Assembly: GCA_951406725.2 (NCBI GenBank)
Contig: OX597830.1
Span: forward strand, 68,076,001 to 68,140,000
Direction: 5' to 3'
DNA from: Octopus vulgaris
Lineage: Eukaryota
Length of the DNA stretch: 64,000 bases
Part shown: in pieces, positions 13,973 through 27,125 of the stretch
Numbering within the stretch: the first letter of the stretch is position 1
Layout: every line of letters begins with the position of its first letter
Translations under genes and position numbers: made by a program
Notes under the pieces: model-generated
What the model saw: only the letters and a program-made list of their open reading frames with translations
Told to the model about the DNA's origin: nothing
Database searches by the model: none

Positions 13973-15299
13973 TATTCCATTAGATTATAGATTTGCAAAT
14001 GCTATTTACCTACCTCTTGCATCCCGATCTCGTGCCATCGGAGATAGCAGAAGATAGTCAGTGCCTTTCTAGCACTGTCGAACTCCTTGTTCCACCACCA
14101 TGTCACCCGCGGCCTAGCTGGGATTTTGCACCAGCCACAAATTTGGTTTGTGTCCCCAGTAGATTGTCCCATAGGAATTCCAATTATCATCTAAGGTATA
14201 TTTTCCTACCTCCTCTTTCACTTCAACATCAGAGACTTCCATTATCATGTCTCTAAATTTCTGTTTCCTTGTTTGGTCCATAACCTTTTCTAATAGGTTT
14301 TATCTCTCCGATTCATTCTAACACTAATTCTGAAGTCATTAACTAGAACCTATGTTGGTGTGTACACTCTTCACCTAGAAAAAAATTCTAATTTGTGAGG
14401 AGCTGCCTATCTTATTGACCTGCGAGGAGGTAATCGACCTTATTTATGTTTTTATCAGATTGATAAGTGTTTAGGTGGATATTTGGTTTTCTGAAGGTAG
14501 CAAATCAGAACTCTAGTAGCTTTGTTCCCTCCTGAGGGACCGAAGAAGGAGCCGATAAACTCGCCGAAATTCCAGCATGACTCAAATTTATTTATAGAAA
14601 TCAAGATTTTTGAGAGAAGCATCGACACGCTGGACATAGCATAGGTAAGATATGGAAATTTATGGACACCATCTCAAAGTTTTAACAAGACTATAGTAAT
14701 ATATGGATAAAACATCATATCGCATCTACAGTAAGGGAATATATGTGTGGAACATCATATTGTAATTTTAAAATCTATAAGCATCACAAAGTTTTAGCAA
14801 ACGTAGACAATTTCATAGTTTGAAATAACAGGCTTACGCATTTTGTGGGGAGACGTACAATAGTCATCCTATCGTATGAATGTTTATAGCAGCATTGAAG
14901 ACCGAGTGGGAGAGGAGAAATGAGAGATAGCATGGTCAAAGAGGAAGCGGGTAAACTCGCCAAAATTCTAGCATACAGCAAGTTTATAGAAATCTAGATT
15001 TTTTAGAGGAGCATCGACATGTTTGACACAGCTTAGGTAAGATATTTCTACAAACATAGACAATTTAATAGTTTGAAAGGAGCATTGACACATAGGTAGT
15101 ATTGGTAAACTGGCAGAATCCTTAGCGAGTCTGGCGAAATGCTTAGTAATATTTCGTCTGCCATGTTCTGAGTTCAAATTTCTTATCATACCACTGGCAG
15201 TTGCAATGACAGGACAGTTCTCGTTTACGATACCACATCTTTTGTATTTTAATTACCGGGTACTTATATTTACTTAATTTCTCAAATACTTTAACAGAT

Positions 15300-16420
15300 A
15301 TATTTTTATCAGTGGGATTACTTAGATCTATTAGTCTACAAGTATTTTCTTCTTTTTCTTTAATGACTATGTCTGGTTGATTAACGTGGATCGCTCTGTC
15401 CGTGTTGACTGAAAAATTGAAGAGGATAGTAACATTTTTTTACCTTCAATGACTGGCTCAGGATGATGTTCATATCAGTAAGCAAAAGAACTGATTTTGT
15501 AGTGTTTTTATATTTGCCAATGTAAATACTGTCCTACCCTATCGTGATGAATTTTGTTTTCGTTTGGTGTCAGCACAAGGCAACCCGAGACGAGATGGTC
15601 TATTGTTTCATCAAATCTATCACACAATCTGCATTCATGGTCAGAACCATTTTGAAGAACGTTGGCCTGGTAGTTTTGTACGTGCAAGCTTTGGTCTTGT
15701 GCTGCCAGTATGAAACATTCAGTTTCTGCTTTCAGTCCTGTTTCCCAGCTACTGATGGCTGATGATTGGTCTACATCAGTATTTTGACTTCGAAGTATAT
15801 AGTATACATGCAGAGGCTTCTGGTTGCACTGTTCCTCAATTTGTTTCTGCCCATTCCTTTTTGCAGTCTGCTTGATTTGTTTTGCTTGTTTTGTGGCAAT
15901 GGTTTCAGATCCTTCATCTATTTCAGGGTTAATACCAAGTTCCTTTGCAAATTTCCAAACTTCGACAATCGAATGTGAACTTTTGTTCCTTTCGTGTTTG
16001 CACAGAAGCGTAATCGTCCAGCCTCTGTACTAGATAAGTACCTGTTCATTGCCATTTTGGAAGTTTTATAGCACCGTTCTACCTGCATCATTCCTTTTCT
16101 CCTATTATATCTAGGTAGGTACTGCTTTTGGTTGATGTATGTCCTTAGACGTTAGTAGCTAATTTGTCTTCCAGTAAGCCTTGTAAGATACCAGTTAATG
16201 ATGCTAAAACTATATTGGACTGCTGGAAGTGCCACCGTCTTAAAGCTTTGATGCAATTTTTCAAGCTGAATTCAGTTTTTAGTATGAGTCATATTCTCCT
16301 GTAATACTCCTTTCTTATACTTTTCCGTCATAGTAGCATGTTCTATACCATCTCCTTTGTTTATCCTCAGGTATTTGTAATTTTCTTGTGAGTCAATCTC
16401 TTTGATGATAGCATTGGTAA
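15300..16420 (-). mobile_element. Dong/R4-clade LINE fragment, heavily decayed
   Basis: Homologous to 17949-19418: YKYL.I, R.P.IVI and C-terminal REL-like segments. Confidence 0.65.
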
Positions 16421-17057
16421 CTAATTTCATGGAAGCTGTTTGCCTGATCTTGCCACTTGTAAAAGTTGCTTTAGTGCACTTACCAAGACCAAAATTCTTT
16501 TATCATTATTGAGTGAGAGAGCAGTGCATAACATCAGAATGACACTGGGGTAAAATATACAAAGCCTAGTATACCCATCATGACTACCTGCCTGATAAGG
16601 GTACACCAGATACATGCATCACAACCATATGTGTTCGTGATATAGTGAACTCATATCAAGATAAACAGTGCATGAGCTCACTAGTGGGGCCCAGTTAGAA
16701 TTTTCTTCATATTGAGTAGCTCATTCCTCTCAAAGTCACTGGATAAGGAATATTGAAGGATGTTGAACGAAACACCAATGTCTCCAGAAGTGAATTATCC
16801 AAACCCCAAAGAATTCCTCTCAATACATGGCTATGATGCTCCCCCACTACTTCTGCTCATGATCAGAGATGCACATATCATCAGCTACCAAGGGACATGC
16901 TCAACTGGTTAAGGTCAAGCAACTGACAAGCAAATTGAGAAGAATATTTGCTGTAGCCCATCTTTTATATCAAGACAATACAATGTACATGATTACACTT
17001 CCAATCAGTTAAGATCCGAAGCCACGAGAGCCACTGCCTGGTACTGCATCAGGGCAA

Positions 17058-17088
<31 letters not shown>

Positions 17089-17089
17089 T

Positions 17090-17680
17090 GCCTTTGCACA
17101 GCTTCTAATGCTGGAGATGTACTACACTGTCAGTTGTTCACTACCAATGAACTAAGGTAACACCTCTTAGTTTTTGAGCAACTTCCGGAGTATTCGACTG
17201 GTTCCAAGCAGTGCTGTTTTCTGCAAGTGCTCTACCCTTATTGCAGCCCCTATTTATTCTAAGTACTTCTCAAGATTTTTCCTCACTGTTCCCAGAGAGC
17301 TCCAACAATTATTGGTACTACTGCTACCTTTTATCACCGACCACAACTGCTTAGCTTCCCAAGCTAACCTATCATATCTCTTGACTTTTCTTTCTTACTT
17401 ATCGCATAACTTGTCAGCTGGGCATGCTATGTCTATGATCCAGCATTGATTGTTTTCTTTCTTAATTAAGACCATGTCCAGCTTCTTATTCTCAATCTCA
17501 TGATCGCACTGAATCATAAAATCCCATAGGATCTTTGCCTTTCTATTTTCGATAATTCCTTCAGGTTTGTGGTCGTTCTAAGTTTTTGCTCTGTCAAGTC
17601 CATACATGTTGCAAAGTGTGCAAAGTGTCAAATGGACAAGCCTGGCTATATTGTTGTGGCATCTCTTATAAAGATCTTAA
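17090..17680 (-). mobile_element. Dong/R4 3' fragment (REL domain and 3'UTR)
   Basis: Same 3' end as 10930-11400 and 23345-23700; bordered by (ATT)n. Confidence 0.75.
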
Positions 17681-17713
17681 GAGACGGAATATAAGATTAT
17701 TATTATTATTATT

Positions 17714-20118
17714 CTATGTTTGACTTTTGCTTTATGTCTGTACAAGTTGGCTCCAAGTCTCACCCAGAGACCTCAAGAGACAACAGGTTAGAAGTTCTGT
17801 GCCATATATTTGGTTTTTTTTTTTTCTTTGGTGTTGTACTAGTGAATGTCTAATACATAAAAATAAAAAATAAACAAAAAAATAAAAAATAAATAAAAAG
17901 TAAAAAAAAAAAAAAAATTTTTTTTAAAGTTTGTTTTAAACCTTGGGATTACATAGAGAGTATTTTGCGTAGGATATGAGCAGTTCCCATGAGCACTATC
18001 TTTTGAATTTCTGCCAGTTTGGGGTTTCCTGGTATCTGAGTTAGGTAGCACTCAGCCCCTTTTGTTATCATTCCCAGGGCACCTATGACAACAGGTATTG
18101 TTTTAGTCTTCAGCTTCCACATTTTGCTGATTTCTATTTCAAGATCTTTATATTTGCTTAGTTTTTGGTAGGTCTTGACAGATACGTTTATATCGATTGG
18201 GACAGTCATATCAATGAGGAGGCATGTTCTTTGTCTGAAGTCTTTCAATATGATGTCTGGCCTATTTGCATCTATCTTCCTGTCAGTTTGAATGGTGAAG
18301 TTCCAGAGGAGTGAGATGTGGTCATTTTCAAGCACAGGAGGTGGATTGTGTTCCCACCAGTTTTTTTCATGGGGCAAATCCAGGTTTTTGCAAATTACCC
18401 AGTGAATATATTGTGCTGCTCTATCATGCCTACTGAGGTACTCTGTAGGCGCTAGAAGACTGCATTTGGAGACAACATGGTCAATGGTTTCATTTTGTTG
18501 TCGGCATACACGACATGTTGGGCTACTGCCGTTCTTTAATGTGTTGGCCTGGTAGTTTCTTGTTGGTAGGCATTGATCTTGAGCTGCTATGATAAACCCC
18601 TCTGTTTCAGATTTTAAGCCAGAGGCCATTAGCCATTGATGGGTCAGGGCTTTGTCGATATCTGCATTATTCGCTCTCTTTGGGTATTTGCCATAGAGAG
18701 GTTTTTCTTGCCATTTATTATTCAGAATATCTAAGGCCGCAGTTTTGGCACGGGTTTTCATGCGCCTAGCTTTTTCTGTGTTTGTTTCTTGTATGTCTAT
18801 CTCTAATTCCGAAATTGGTTGTATTCGGAATTCACTTAGATATTCCTTTGCCTGTTTTGTGACTGAGTATGATGCTTTCTTGTTTTCATGTTTTGAGACA
18901 AGTTTTAACATCCAGTCCTCAGAGTTTTTCAGGTAGGTGTCTAGACCAATTGTAGCAATCTTCATTGTTATTGCCAGTTGCAAAAGACCACGGCCTCCCT
19001 CTTTTCTTGGCAGATAGAGTCGTTCTGTATCTGCCTTAGGGTAGTGCATTCTATGCATTGTCAACAGTTTCCTTATTTTTCTGTCGAGCTGACATATTTC
19101 AGTGATTGACCAGTTAACGATATTGAAACTGTAAGTCACGACTGGCATGGCTAATGCATTGATCGCTTCGATCCTGTTCCTCGCATTCAGCTCTGTCTTG
19201 AGTATTGCTCTCACTCTTCGATAGCATTCTCTCCTGATCCTTTCCTTCATCTCTGAATGCCTTATTCCTTCTCCTTCAATTACCCCTAGGTACTTGTAGC
19301 TCTCCGCTGGGTCTAGTTCTTTTATGACATTCTGTTGGTCAAGGTTAACGTTAGATGTTTCTGTCATTTTTCCTTTGATAAAGGTAGCCTTTGCACATTT
19401 ATCGAGGCCGAATTGCATTCTGATGTCGTCACTGAATTGTTTGACTATCGCTAGTAAGCCCTTGAGTTGTTGGTCATTTTTTGCAAAAGCTTTAAATCAT
19501 CCATGTAAATGAGATGATTTATATTTTTATCAAACATTTTATACCCGTACTGCGCGTCATTGAGCAGCTTTGAGAGAGGTATTAAGGATAAACAAAAGAG
19601 GAGTGGTGACAGTGAGTCACCCTGGAAAATGCCACACGAAATTTTTACATCACCTGCATTTAGGGATTCATTGTCACTGTTCAGAGTTAGTGTGGTTCTC
19701 CATGATCTCATACTTACAGTCAAGAAGTTTCGCAGAGTAGGTGCTATCTTATACATTTCCAGGCATTTCATAATCCAGCTATGTGGTAGGCTATCAAAAG
19801 CCTTTTTATAGTCTATCCAGGCTATTGATAAGTTTTTGTGTCGTTTGTGACAATCTTCTAAGATCATCTTATTGATGAGTAGTTGGTCTTTACAGCCGTA
19901 GGATCCACGTTTACATCCTTTCTGTTCATTAGGGAATATGCTGCTGTCTGTTAAAAAACTATAGGTATATTCCGTCAGGACAGATGTTAGTGTTTTGTAC
20001 ATAGTTGTTAAGCAGGTTATGGGTCTATAGTTTTTTGGTTCATTTGTTTCTTCACTTTTTGGAAGCAGGAATGTTAACCCATTAACTAGGAATTAACTTG
20101 GAAGCAGGAATGTTAACC

Positions 20119-20120
<2 letters not shown>
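17714..20120 (-). mobile_element. Dong/R4-clade LINE, 5'-truncated, nearly intact (one frameshift near 19480)
   Basis: ORFs 19451-20002 (GIFQGDSLSPLLF, YMDD) and 17949-19418 (CCHC CRVC...HVVSKC, RHD, RPDI, REL); (ATT)n on both sides. Confidence 0.93.
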
Positions 20121-20201
<81 letters not shown>

Positions 20202-20204
<3 letters not shown>

Positions 20205-21985
20205 GTTCGACTTTTGCTTTGTATTTGTACAAGTTGGCTCTAAGTCTCATCCAGAGACCTCAAAAGAAAACAAGTTAGAAGTTCATGCTGGTGTTATGAA
20301 TAGGGTGTCATATATTTGGTTTTGCACATAGTATTGTTCTAGAGAATGTTTAAGAAAACATAAAAAATATAAGTTTGTTTTAACATCTGAGATTACATAG
20401 ACTGTATTTTATGTAGGACATGGGCAGTTCCCATGAGCACTATCATTTGAATTTCTGCCATTTTGGGGTTTCCTGGTACCTGAGCTAGGTAAAAATCAGC
20501 CCCTTTTGCTATTATTCATAGGGCACCTATGACAACAGGTATTGTTTTAGTCTTGAGGGTCTACATTTTGCCAATTTGTACCTCAAGATCTTTATACTTG
20601 GGCAGTTTTAGGTATGACTTGACAAATACATTTACATCGATTGGGACAATCATATCAATGAGGTGGCATGATTTTTGTCTGAAGTCTTTCAATATAATGT
20701 CTGGCCTATTTGCATCTATCTTTCTGTCAGTTTGAATGGTGAAGTTCTAGAAGAGTGAGATGTGATCATTTTCAAGCACTGGAGGTGGTTTGTGTTCCCA
20801 CCAGTTTTTATTATAGGACAGGTCCAGGTTTTTGCAAATCATTCAGTGAATATTTTGTGTATCAATATCTCAAGCCTGTTGAGATACTCTGTATGCGCAA
20901 GAAGACTTCACATGGAGACAACATGAACAACGGTTTCGTTTTGTTGTTGACATTCATGACGTGTTGGCCTGGTAGTTCTTGTAGGTAGGCATTGATTTTG
21001 TGCTACTGTGATAAACCCTTCTGTTTCTAAATTTAAGCCAGAAGACATTAGCCATTGATGGGTAAGGGCTTTGTCAACATCGGCATTATTAGCTCTCTTT
21101 GGGCATTTGCCATTGAGAGGTTTTTCTTGCCATTTGTCAGTAAGAATATCTAAAGCAGCAGTTTTAGCACTGGCTTTCATAGGCTTAGCTTTTCCTCTGC
21201 TTGTTTCTAGTATATCTAATTCTGGAACCTGTTGAATTTGGAATTCACTTAGATATTCTTTCGCCTGTTTTGTTACTGAGTATGATGCTTTCTCGCTTTC
21301 ATGCTTTGAGACAAGTTTTTCAGGTAGGTGTCTAAGCCAATTGTAGTAATCTTCATTGTAAATTCCAGTTGTAAATTCCAGTTGTTAATTCCAGTTGTAA
21401 AAGTCCACAGACACCATCTTTTCTTGGCAGGTAAAGTCATTCTATATCTGATTTAGGGTGGTGCATTCTATGCATTGTCAACAATTTTCGTATTTTTCTT
21501 TCAAGATTACAGATTTCAGTAATTGACCAGTTAATGATATTGAAACTGTAAGTCACGACTAGTAGGGCTAAAGTATTGATTGCTTCGATCCTGTTTCTTG
21601 CATTCGGCTCTGTCTTGAGTATTGCCCTAACCCTGTGGTAATATTCTCTTTTGATCCTTTCCTTCATCACTGAATGTTTGATTCTGTCCCCTTCAAATAT
21701 CTTTAAGGTATTTGTAGCTCTCCGTTGGTTCTAACTCCTTTATGACATTCTACTGGTCAAGATTAACATTGGATGTTTCTGTCATTGTTCCTTTGATAAA
21801 AGTAGCTTTTGTACATCTATTGAGGCCAAATTGCATGCTGATGCCATCACTGAATTGCACATGGAGACAACATGATCAATAGAGTTATCTTGTTGTTGAC
21901 ATACACTATATGTTGAGCAGCCACTGTCATTTAATATATTGTGCTGGTAGTTTCTTGTAGGTAGGCATAGATCTTAGGCTGCTAT
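20202..21985 (-). mobile_element. Dong/R4 LINE, older copy of the same family
   Basis: 3'UTR and ORF fragments parallel 17714-19450. Confidence 0.85.
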
Positions 21986-22019
21986 CATTATTATTATTAT
22001 TTTTTTTTTTTTCTTTCAA

Positions 22020-23260
22020 ATTTGCTTCCATTTCTTGCCGAGTGTTTAGTTTAATGGTAGGCCATTAAACTAAACTCAATAGTTCATTCATTTTTTTTTA
22101 AAGTTAAATTAAAATACATGGGTAGTAATAGTTCTCACATCGACAATGCTCTTCTCAATACGTGTGATGTACCAGTTAAGACAATCTTTTGCACTTCTTG
22201 CAGGGATGGTAAGCCAGGGATCATTCTCATATAATTTTCGGTTCCCTTCTTGATCATTCCTAGTGCTCCTACGATCACTGGTATTGTAACCGCCTTGAGA
22301 TGCCACATTTTCTCAATTTCAATGAGTAGGTCTTTATATTTTCTGAGCTTGTCAAACTCTTTCGCTGAGATATTATGATCACAGGGGATGCTAATGTCGA
22401 TCAATATGCAAACTTTATTGTTTTGGTCTTTCACAACAATATCTGGTTTATTGGCTTTGATGGTTCGGTCTGTATGTACTGGAAAGTCCCACAGAATCGT
22501 TACATTTTCTCCTTCAGTTACAGCTTCAGGGTGGTGATTATACCACTTGTCGGCAGTTTTGATATTGTAATGCCGACTTATTAGCCAGTGTAGATATTGG
22601 TCAACTCTGTCATGTCTTAATTTATACTCCACTGGTGCTAAGACTTTACATCCAGAGATTAGGTGGCCTACTGTTTAAATCATGTCGTTGCAGAATCGGC
22701 ATTTTGGGTCTGCTCCATTTTTCATCACATTGGCCTGGTAGTTCCGGGTTAATAGGCTTTGATCTTGAGCAGCCAGGATGAAACCTTCGCCCTCTGCTTT
22801 TAGCCCTGAGCTCCGTAGCCACTGATGGGTTTGCTTCTGGTCAACATCAGCTTGTTTGCTGCGGGCCACATATTTGCCGTGCAGAGGTTTCTCCTCCCAC
22901 CTATCAGCCAATTGCTCGTGCGCTTTTTCGTTGCCATTATTTTCACCTTCTTTGCAACAATAGTTGCCGTACTTCCCTCGGGTTGTTCAGTTTGGGTATC
23001 CTGCACGAGATCAATAGTAAATTTTTAGCTTTCCTTTATGATAGAATGAAGCTTCTTTCGTCTCTCGTGATTTTCCACGAGCTTTAGCATCCAGTCATTC
23101 GTTATTTCAAGATATTTGGCCAGTCCAATTGTGGTTGTTTTGTAAGCTAGTTCAAATTGGATCAGGCCTCGACCTCCTTGGGCTCTGGGAAGGTAAAGGC
23201 GATCTACGTCTGCCTTTGGGTGGTGCATCCTATTACAACTCAGCAGCTTGCGTATTTTCC
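22020..23260 (-). mobile_element. Dong/R4 LINE 3' portion (second subfamily)
   Basis: ORFs 22135-22632 (RHD, KPDIVV, IPVIVGALG), 22675-22911 and 23025-23228. Confidence 0.88.
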
Positions 23261-23269
23261 TATTATTAA

Positions 23270-23339
<70 letters not shown>

Positions 23340-23344
23340 TTATT

Positions 23345-23700
23345 CTCTTTGCACAGCTTCTAATGCTGGAGATGTACTAAGGTGTCAGCTGTTCACGACT
23401 AGTGAACTAAAGTAACACCCTTTATTTTCCGAACACCCTCTGGAATATTTTAATGGTTTCACGCAATGATGTTTCTGCAGGTGCTCCATCCTTATTGCTG
23501 TTCCCTATTTGTTCCACGTGCTTCTAAAGACTTTTCCTCACTGTTCCCAGGGCTTCGACAATTATTGGTACTACTTCTATATCTTTCAGCGACCACAGTT
23601 GCTTAACCTCCCAAGCTAACCTGTTATATCTAGTGACATTTCTTTCTTCCTTATCGCATAACTTGTTGTCAGATGGGCATGCTATAATCTATAATCCACT
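23345..23700 (-). mobile_element. Dong/R4 3' fragment
   Basis: Same 3' end as 17090-17680. Confidence 0.7.
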
Positions 23701-25190
23701 TCACGGAATTGATCGGGGGTACCCTCACTGGATCGAACCAGATGGTGTGTCTAGATGTGGTAAGTCTGTTCACCAAAGTCCCAACTATCAGCGATTCAAG
23801 AAAAACTGGTGACAGACACCTGTCTAAAAGAACGCACTAGTATACCAATAGGAAACTTGATGGAAATGTTGACCTTTTGTGTAGAAACTACCTACTTCAG
23901 AATGGACTGTAATATATATTGGTAGGAAGAGGATTTACCTATGGGTTCGCCATTATCACCGATAAAAGCCAATATATACATAGAATACTTTGAGAATTTG
24001 GCTTTAGGATCAACACTACTAAAACCAACCCTATGGTTGCAATATGTCGATGACATCTTTATACTCTGGCCCCACCAGAGAGATGTCCAGGTACTGTTAG
24101 ATCATGCGAACTCAATAAAGCCATCCATACAGTTTACAATGGAAAAGGAAAAAGACAATCAGCTAGCATTCTTGGACGTATTAATAACACGCACCAAGTA
24201 TGGACCAGTACATCCGTATACCGCAAGCCGACCTTCACTGGACGATACCTCAACTTCAATTCCCACCATCCATACAGCGTAAATACGTCTTAAACATCAA
24301 GCAATGAATATAAGTAGCAATGTGGATACGCACCACGAAAAACCGATCAAGCTAAGTAACAATCTATTAAGCAACAACTACCCCAAAAACATACTATCCA
24401 CTCCAATTATGAAGTGAAGGGAGGTTGAAACCTATAAACTGACTGCAATCTGTCTACTCTATGTGAAAGGCCTCTCCAAAAAGATACAAAAGATATACGG
24501 CCCATATGACATCAGGACAGTATTCAAGAGTAATACAACACTTCGCAAATATCTCCAAATAAAACCACTAATAGAAGAAAATATGAACAAAGACTGCGTG
24601 TACTCCATCCCATGCAGCTGTGGTAGGTTATAAAAAGGCAAAACATGCACCCTTCCTCAAAATAAGGGTAGACAAACATCGCAAAGCTGTGACACGAGCA
24701 GATATTGATAAATCAGTATAGCTGATCATGTATAGGAAAATGGAGACCACCTCCCCCTGTGGGATGAAGTTAAAATAACAGAGAACACCACTGGAAAATA
24801 AGAAAACTAAAAGAAGCAGCACATATGCTAGGACACAACAACCTCCTAAGCAGACTGAGTGCAGATATGAGTAGCATATGGGAACCAGTATTAAGGAAGG
24901 ATAGGAAAATATTAGATTTATAAGCCCTAAAATTCACTCCATAATTGCCCACGGGCATATGACGTAGTGGTTAAGAGTGCAGGCTACTAACCCCAAGATT
25001 CTGAGTTCGATTCCAGGCAGTAACCTGAATAATAATAATAATAATAACATCGGAAAAATACCTTAGGAATGAGAACCCAGGTTCGAAATTTCCCCCAGGA
25101 CACCTGATGAAGGCTGGAGGGTATATCAGCCTAAACGTATTAGCTACAAACAAGATGAGGACAATTATCCGTCAAATGTAAATAATGTAT
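23701..25190 (+). mobile_element. Penelope-like element, decayed: RT, GIY-YIG, tRNA-like segment and hammerhead remnant
   Basis: LDVVSLFTKVP, MGSPLSP.ANIYIEYFE, YVDDIF, LAFLDVLI, CVYSIPCSCG; CTGATGA at 25104-25110. Confidence 0.88.
24953..25026 (+). repeat. tRNA-derived segment (A and B boxes), not a functional tRNA
   Basis: tgacgtagtggttaag ... gagttcgattcc; acceptor stem does not pair. Confidence 0.65.
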
Positions 25191-25490
25191 AAAAATTACT
25201 CTACTTGGTTCAATTTAGAGACATACTTTTTAAAGAACATTTGTTATAAAATACTCAGAATTAAATACATTTATCCAATGAAAATAATTATAAGATTTAA
25301 CCAGTTGACCAGAAAACCAACAACCAGATAAATCATTAAATAAAATATTGATATAAAATTCTGCACCAACGAAATACTCATATAGCCCTTCCTTTTAGGT
25401 TTCCTAACTACAGACTTCATCAGATATGCAATCATTATAGACTGAATAAACATTTAATAATCTTATTTACAGAATAGTCTGTTTACTAAC

Positions 25491-25600
25491 CTTTACTATT
25501 ACAACTGGGATGTTGCGTGATATTGAATCATACATTAACTTCAGAGTTTCCAGTTCACCTCCAACCAATACTACAACAGCTGGAACCTTGAATCCAGTCT
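25491..25600 (-). CDS. TRPM: TRPM-like exon (E-TGFKVPAVVVLVGGELETLKLMYDSISRNIPVVIVK)
   Basis: ttttag / gttagt; 110 nt; motifs VP.V.V.VGG and IPVV.V; phase-compatible with the previous exon. Confidence 0.9.
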
Positions 25601-25904
25601 CTAAAATTACAAGAGAAAATATAACATATATAAGATACAAAATATATTTGATTAGTCCATAAACTATATCTGATTAAAGTACAAAAAACAACTGGTTAAG
25701 TTGAAAGAAGTTATAACTGATTAAGGCAAATGATTACATTCTAAAATATACCTAATTCACATATACAATATAACCCAATTTAGGTCTAAAACAGGGTATG
25801 GAATACATTTGAGTAATGTATAAAATATGACTTGACTAAACAATAAAATTTGGTATCAGTTCAGCATTCTGAATTTAAAAAAAAACAAATCTATATCCTC
25901 TTTA

Positions 25905-26630
25905 CCATCATCATTTAATAATGTCCTCTAGCCACTTGGCATGGATTGGATAGTTTGACAGTAACTGGTAAGGCAGAAGATCATGTCAAGCCCAACTATT
26001 TCTTTTGGCATGGTTTCTACAGCTGGATGCTCTTCTTAATACCAACTACTTTACAGAGTTCAGTGTGATTTTTATGTGGCACCAACACTAGTCAGGTGAC
26101 CAAGTAACTTGCAGGACAAGACCACTCAACTGAGGAAGAGATCAGTGTTAAGTGAGGTGGCTTTGTGCCAGGTGATGATGAATGATGGGATAGAAACAGG
26201 TATGTTGCAGTAGAGGAGATACAATGCTATTCCAGGTGGAAGCAGAGGGAGAGAGAAGAGGGTGAAGAAGATGTGCTGGGGCATTCCATCAAATTACAGG
26301 GAGGTGTATACATAGGAACTGGTACAGAGATTGAATAGGGTGAATGGGTAGGTAAGTGTGAGAGTGTGAAAGGAGAGTAGAAGATAGAGGGGAGAGGAAT
26401 GCAGTGAGAGGTGAACCTGGGCGGAGAGAGGAGTATAGGAAGACACGGTGTAGGTGAGAGCTTCATCAGGGACACAGACTGTGTGCAGGGATATAGACAT
26501 AAATAATTATGCCTTTAGGGCCTCAAATTTGTACTTAGTTGAACAGGTCCTCTGAAGCCCAAAGTACCAAACATCAAAGTCCTTTGTCATCTCCCCTGTG
26601 AATCTCAAAATCTGGAGGTCATATTTCCCC
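25905..26630 (-). mobile_element. RTE LINE 3'UTR remnant
   Basis: catcatcattta...ttctacagctggatgc motif shared with 5728-5900 and 57597-57830. Confidence 0.6.
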
Positions 26631-26744
26631 CACTTTGTTGTACAATTTACTAGGACTTTCTCTTTTCCTTAGGTTCCATCAACACAAACACATAAACGCG
26701 CGCGCGCACACACACACATATACACACATATATACATATATTCT

Positions 26745-27125
26745 TTTACTCATTTACTTGCTTCAATCATTTGACTGTGGCCATGCTGGAGCATCGCCTT
26801 TGGTCGAGCAAATCGACCCCAGGACTTATTTTTTGTAAGCCTAGTACTTATTCTATCGGTGTCTTTTGCTGAACTGCAAAGTTAGAGGGACATAAACAGC
26901 ATCAGTTGTCAAGCGAAGTTTGGGGGACAAACACAGACACACTTACATATATACATATATATGACGAGCTTCTTTCAGTTTCCGTCTACCAAATCCACTC
27001 ACAAGGCTTTGGTTGGCCCAAGGCTATAGTAGAAGACACTTGTCCAAGGTGCCAAGCAGTGGGACTGAACCCGGAACCATGTGATTCATAAGCAAGCTAC
27101 TTACCACACAGCCACTCCTACGCCT
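26745..27125 (-). mobile_element. tRNA-derived SINE
   Basis: Minus-strand head ggagtggctgtgtggtaag...ggttcagtccc; inverted homolog at 56972-57305. Confidence 0.85.

Noticed and set aside
24953-25026. Functional tRNA gene
   Set aside because: Unpaired acceptor stem; embedded in a retroelement end
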